Of a DNA stretch of 64,000 nucleotides, positions 60,801 through 64,000 are shown piece by piece. A model generated the notes under the pieces. The model did not search any database and had not been told where the DNA came from. It saw only the letters and a program-made list of their open reading frames with translations. The translations under genes were made by a program, and so were the position numbers. The number at the start of each line of letters is the position of its first letter. Position 1 is the first letter of the stretch. The DNA is taken from positions 4,526,001 through 4,590,000 of the forward strand of contig NC_047080.1 in the NCBI RefSeq assembly GCF_902459465.1, in the 5' to 3' direction. The DNA comes from Asterias rubens. Its lineage: Eukaryota.

Positions 60801-62473
60801 AATGTTGACGGCTGCTTGGAGAAAAAATAGAGGCATAATAATTTTCAAAAACGTTTTTCAAATGTAGTTAAAAGTTGTGCATGTTTTTTTTTCTCTAAAG
60901 ATTGGTGCCGTATTGCGCATTAATTATTGTGTAAAAGTCTACATCATAATTTGTGTGCATGTTTTTATTAAAATTCATAATTATGCTTACTGCATGAATG
61001 TCAGCTAAATATGCATGAAATAGGGGCCAAGAGCACGCAGCTGCTGCCCAAGCATTGCATACCAACATTAACTTAACAAGGAAATCTTGCTTTAATAGCA
61101 TAACAAAGGCCCTATTTCAAAGACCATTTTCAAAATCATGGCTTTAAGGCAGTGGACACTATTGGTAATTACTCAAAATAATTATTAGCATAAAAACTTA
61201 CTTGGTGATGAGTAATGGGGAGAGGTTGATGATATAAAACATTGTGAGAAACAGCTCCCTCTGAAGTGACCTAGTTTTCGAGAAAGAAGTAATTTTCCAC
61301 GAAATTTGATTTCGAGCTCAGATTTAGAATTTGGGGTCTCGAAATCAACCATCTAAAAGCACACAACTTCGTGTGACAAGGGTGTTTTTTCTTTCCTTAT
61401 AATCTGACAACTTTGACGACCGATTGAGCTCAAATTTTCACATGTTTTTTTTTTTGCATATGTTGAGATACACCAATTCAATTACAATAGTTTTCAGTGT
61501 CTTTAAGCCTTGGATTCTTTCGGGTAAAATAACAGAGCAAAGGGATAACTCGACCATTTGAAGTCCAGTGCGAACAGGGAACCTTCACCCAGGTAACTTA
61601 ACTGAGTCCAACGGGTAGTTTAAATTCGTTTTGCAACTGGGTCATGCACTTCACCCAAAGTAATTTGCTATACAGTAGTTTTCTGCTGGAAGAAGTGAAA
61701 TTTAACCCCGGGGTTACCAGCCAAAAGTGTCATGCAGTGAACCATGCTGTGGGGTGAGTTCTTCTGACACTTCCTCTTTTGTTAGCAAAGTGTTTCCATC
61801 AACCGTTTCGCAAATACCCATTGCGCAAGCGCTAACTAAATGAGCTGCATTCTGGTCTACCTAGACCAGCATGCACCGCATAATGCCCAATGCACGCGCA
61901 CAGAGTATTTGCGATAAGGTCTTTGTTGGCTTTATGGTGTGAGGCTTGGTTGCACTTGTATGATGTGACATGCTGCTTTTGTTGCGATTGGCCGTTTCCT
62001 TTTATTTGAACATTTTTCCGTATTAATTTTTAAATCCGTCCTAATGTCACTTTTGTAACCCCCTTCCTCACCCCTCTTCCCAACCTCCTTCATTATCTCT
62101 GCCTTAACTTTCTCCCCAAATTAATTGTGAATTTGTATCTCGCCCTTGTCCTTCCCGACAAACCTACCCCCCCCCCCAAACCAAAAACCTCTTCCCTGCC
62201 ATTACCCCATACATAATCCCTTCCCTTACTCCTGCCTACCCCATTCCCCACCCCCTCTAATCCTTTCACTTGACCCTTTTCTTATCCCTACCCTTCTCCT
62301 GCCTAACCTATTCCCTTATCCCCACCCAACCCCTGTCCTTGCCCCCTACCTTACCCCCTCATTATCGGTATCCCGCCCTTGCCCCATCTACCCCTTCCCT
62401 TCCAAACTTACCCCTCCCCTCTTCCCCACGGTACCAACAGATGATACAAGCCCATGGTTCAATAAGACCAAAG
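45583..62473 (+). CDS. DENND1: DENN domain-containing protein 1 (connecdenn, Rab35 GEF family); 3' end probably beyond the window
   Basis: Exons 45583-45599, 50531-50595, 51412-51505, 52108-52221, 52530-52599, 53789-53887, 54575-54628, 55336-55397, 55791-55839, 56256-56402, 56682-56783, 57659-57784, 58375-58476, 60206-60296, 60562-60656, and a probable 62441-62473. [71 protein letters not shown] and FIDAR match DENND1A/B. Confidence 0.92.
46150..46720. repeat. Inverted pair of ~120-bp repeat copies
   Basis: ggataactttc..ccaccttttcactaatttttacaaaaag at ~46150-46270, and its reverse complement at ~46605-46722. Confidence 0.7.
46917..47105. repeat. Degenerate (CCCTAA/CCCTAC)n tract
   Basis: ccctaaccctacccctacccccaccctacc... 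directly visible. Confidence 0.85.
48824..49045. mobile_element. Small TIR element
   Basis: agaccgtattgaata ... tattcaatacggtct. Confidence 0.7.
51753..51946. mobile_element. Harbinger-like MITE, CAG target duplication
   Basis: cag|ggtccaatttaatgaagc ... gctttatgaaattgggcc|cag. Confidence 0.75.
52724..53081. mobile_element. TTAA MITE, family A variant, left-truncated
   Basis: Family body plus right end ccaaaggtgtaccttccctttaa. Confidence 0.75.
53388..53773. mobile_element. TTAA MITE, family A
   Basis: gacactggacactattgg ... ccaatagtgtccactgcgtttaa. Confidence 0.85.
53902..54202. mobile_element. MITE with ~35-bp TIRs
   Basis: catagagttatatataagaactagagggcgcactgg ... ccagtgcgccctctagttcttatatac..ataactctatg. 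Confidence 0.8.
54325..54474. mobile_element. Small Harbinger-like MITE
   Basis: ggggtccgatttcacaaag ... ctttgtgaaatcggcccc. Confidence 0.7.
54727..55078 (+). mobile_element. Near full-length tRNA-Leu-derived SINE with (TTA)n tail
   Basis: Head gtcatggccgagtggttaag..ttcaagttctgg..ggctcgaatcc; body gtccttgagcaag..cacccagg..aaatgggta; 3' gtaaagcgc..gcgctatataag..ttattattatt (CR1/L2-like tail). Confidence 0.8.
57805..57867. repeat. (AAT)n microsatellite, tail of an antisense SINE remnant
   Basis: About 20 perfect AAT units. Confidence 0.95.
57935..58319. mobile_element. TTAA MITE, family A
   Basis: ttaaaggcagtgtacactattgg ... ccaatagtttccactgcctataa. Confidence 0.85.
58492..58745 (-). mobile_element. 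RTE-clade LINE 3' fragment
   Basis: Translation [44 protein letters not shown] resembles the RTE ORF C-terminus (LWEPTHG..RGRP..DR..WR). Ends in a (GAGT)n tail. Confidence 0.7.
59040..59470 (-). mobile_element. tRNA-Leu SINE plus an extra SINE head
   Basis: Highly similar to 20282-20565. Confidence 0.75.
59748..60127. mobile_element. TTAA fold-back MITE, family C
   Basis: ttaaaggaacacgttgccttggatcgg ... ccgatctaaggcaacgtgttcctttaa. Confidence 0.9.
61144..61506. mobile_element. TTAA MITE, family A
   Basis: ttaaggcagtggacactattggtaatt ... caatagttttcagtgtctttaa. Confidence 0.85.
62050..62430. repeat. C/T-rich low-complexity tract
   Basis: About 380 nt almost devoid of G on the + strand. Confidence 0.85.
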
Positions 62474-62835
62474 GTAGGTAAACTCCTTCAGTCTTGCTTT
62501 TTAACATCCAGTCAATGCATCACTCACTGCTGTAGCCACATCATTTTCATCAAGTCATTGTGTCAAGTGCACAGACATACTTTTTTTTCGAAATGAGATT
62601 TATCGTGAAACGGGGACGGCCACTTTAAGGTGAGAGCTACACTTGGCTGATTTGGGCTATCTACCAAAATCGTCAAAATTGTCACCGTCATACCTGTCAT
62701 GTTCCCTGTTTGCAATAACATTAACCAGTACTAACTCTTGCTATACCAGAGGGATCCGACTATGCAAGAAATACATGTTGTTAATGGCCTGATGTTTGGA
62801 CCTTAGGGTTGATGCTAGGATAAGAACGTCAGGCC

Positions 62836-62872
<37 letters not shown>

Positions 62873-63191
62873 AATTACAAATAACTGTTATTCTATGAGA
62901 TTTCCTGAAACTTTCATAAATATTTAGACAAAGATAACAGTTAATACCTTTTCTAAAGACCTCTTCTTGGAGGATTTAACTGTTTGCTGTTTGTGTTTAA
63001 CCATGTCATTATTTGACCACTTTCTCTCATTTTTGTCACTCCTCTTTCCTTGCACTCATCTTCACCGTGTGTCTCCATCCCTTTTCCATTTCCCCGACGT
63101 GTCATCCTCTCTCCCAGGCTAATCCTGCGGCAATGAAACAGAAGCTGAAAGAGGTAAAAGGAAATGTTACAACTTAACTTATTAGCGTCAC

Positions 63192-63573
63192 TTAAAGGCA
63201 CTGGATACTTTTTGGTAATTGTCAAAGACCAGTATTCTCACTTGGTGTATCCAAATCCCAACATATGCATAAAATAACAAATCTGTGAAAATTTTTACTC
63301 AATTGGGCATCGAAATTGCAAGAGAATAATGAAAGAAAAAAAAACACACTTGTTGCACAAATTTGTGTGATTTTTACATGCCTAATGAAAGGCTTCAGAA
63401 GTCTTTTAATATTTGAGTGCGAAATTACATCTTTCTCACAAACTTTGTTACTTTAGTGGGAGCTGTTTCTCACAATGTTTTTGCTATCAACAGCCCTCCA
63501 TTACTCGTTACCAAGTAAGGTTTTATGCTAATAATTATTTTGAGTAATTACCAACAGTGTCCAGTGCCTTTAA
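63192..63573. mobile_element. TTAA MITE, family A variant
   Basis: ttaaaggcactggatactttttgg ... ccaacagtgtccagtgcctttaa. Confidence 0.85.
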
Positions 63574-64000
63574 TGGTGTTTACTCCTCGTTTATTATCCA
63601 CAAGGTAATATGCTAATCATTAGTTGGTAGCCAATGCAGGTAGAAAAAGGGATTAGTTTTTATCTTTGCTGAGTTATTGTGTTTATGTATAAATAAATTC
63701 TGTTTAGCACCTCTGGCTAAATGTATTAACAAAATAGTTAGACCACCAACGTTACAGCTAGATAGCTCAGTTGGTTAAGCACTGGCACGTTAATAAGGAG
63801 GTGGTATGATCAAGTCCCCAAACCAGTCTGTGAGCCTACCTTTAGAACACGATGATGTGTGGGTACAACTCTAATAACATTCTTTATCCCCGGTATAACA
63901 TTAACATCTTAACATTTGTTTGTTTGTTAGTTTTTTTGTTTTTTGTTTGTTTATTGCCAAATATCGCAATATATAATTTTCAAACATACATGCATTTAGG

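Overview
AT-rich, intron-rich animal genomic DNA. An invertebrate deuterostome such as a sea star is my inference from repeat style and gene structure; it is not proven. I reconstructed five protein-coding genes by hand from GT-AG sites and phase continuity: (1) a 5'-truncated PH+PTB (DOK/FRS2/IRS-type) adaptor with a ~918-aa disordered last exon (+, 25-7006); (2) AXDND1 (-, 26 exons); (3) GEMIN4 (+, 15 exons); (4) a C1orf53/DUF5522 homolog (-, 3 exons); (5) DENND1 (+, at least 16 exons, probably continuing past the window). AXDND1/GEMIN4 and C1orf53/DENND1 are two compact head-to-head pairs. Introns are dense with non-autonomous repeats: TTAA-flanked Kolobok-like MITEs, CWG-flanked Harbinger-like MITEs, small palindromic elements, tRNA-derived SINEs and RTE/Penelope remnants. 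I see no CRISPR array, rRNA, true tRNA gene or autonomous transposon, and I cannot claim a clearly new biological system. The best leads are the DENND1-C1orf53 microsynteny, the intron-rich GEMIN4, CTCF-like cores in MITE termini, a duplicated intronic hairpin unit, and a tandem array that copies a GEMIN4 5' splice site.
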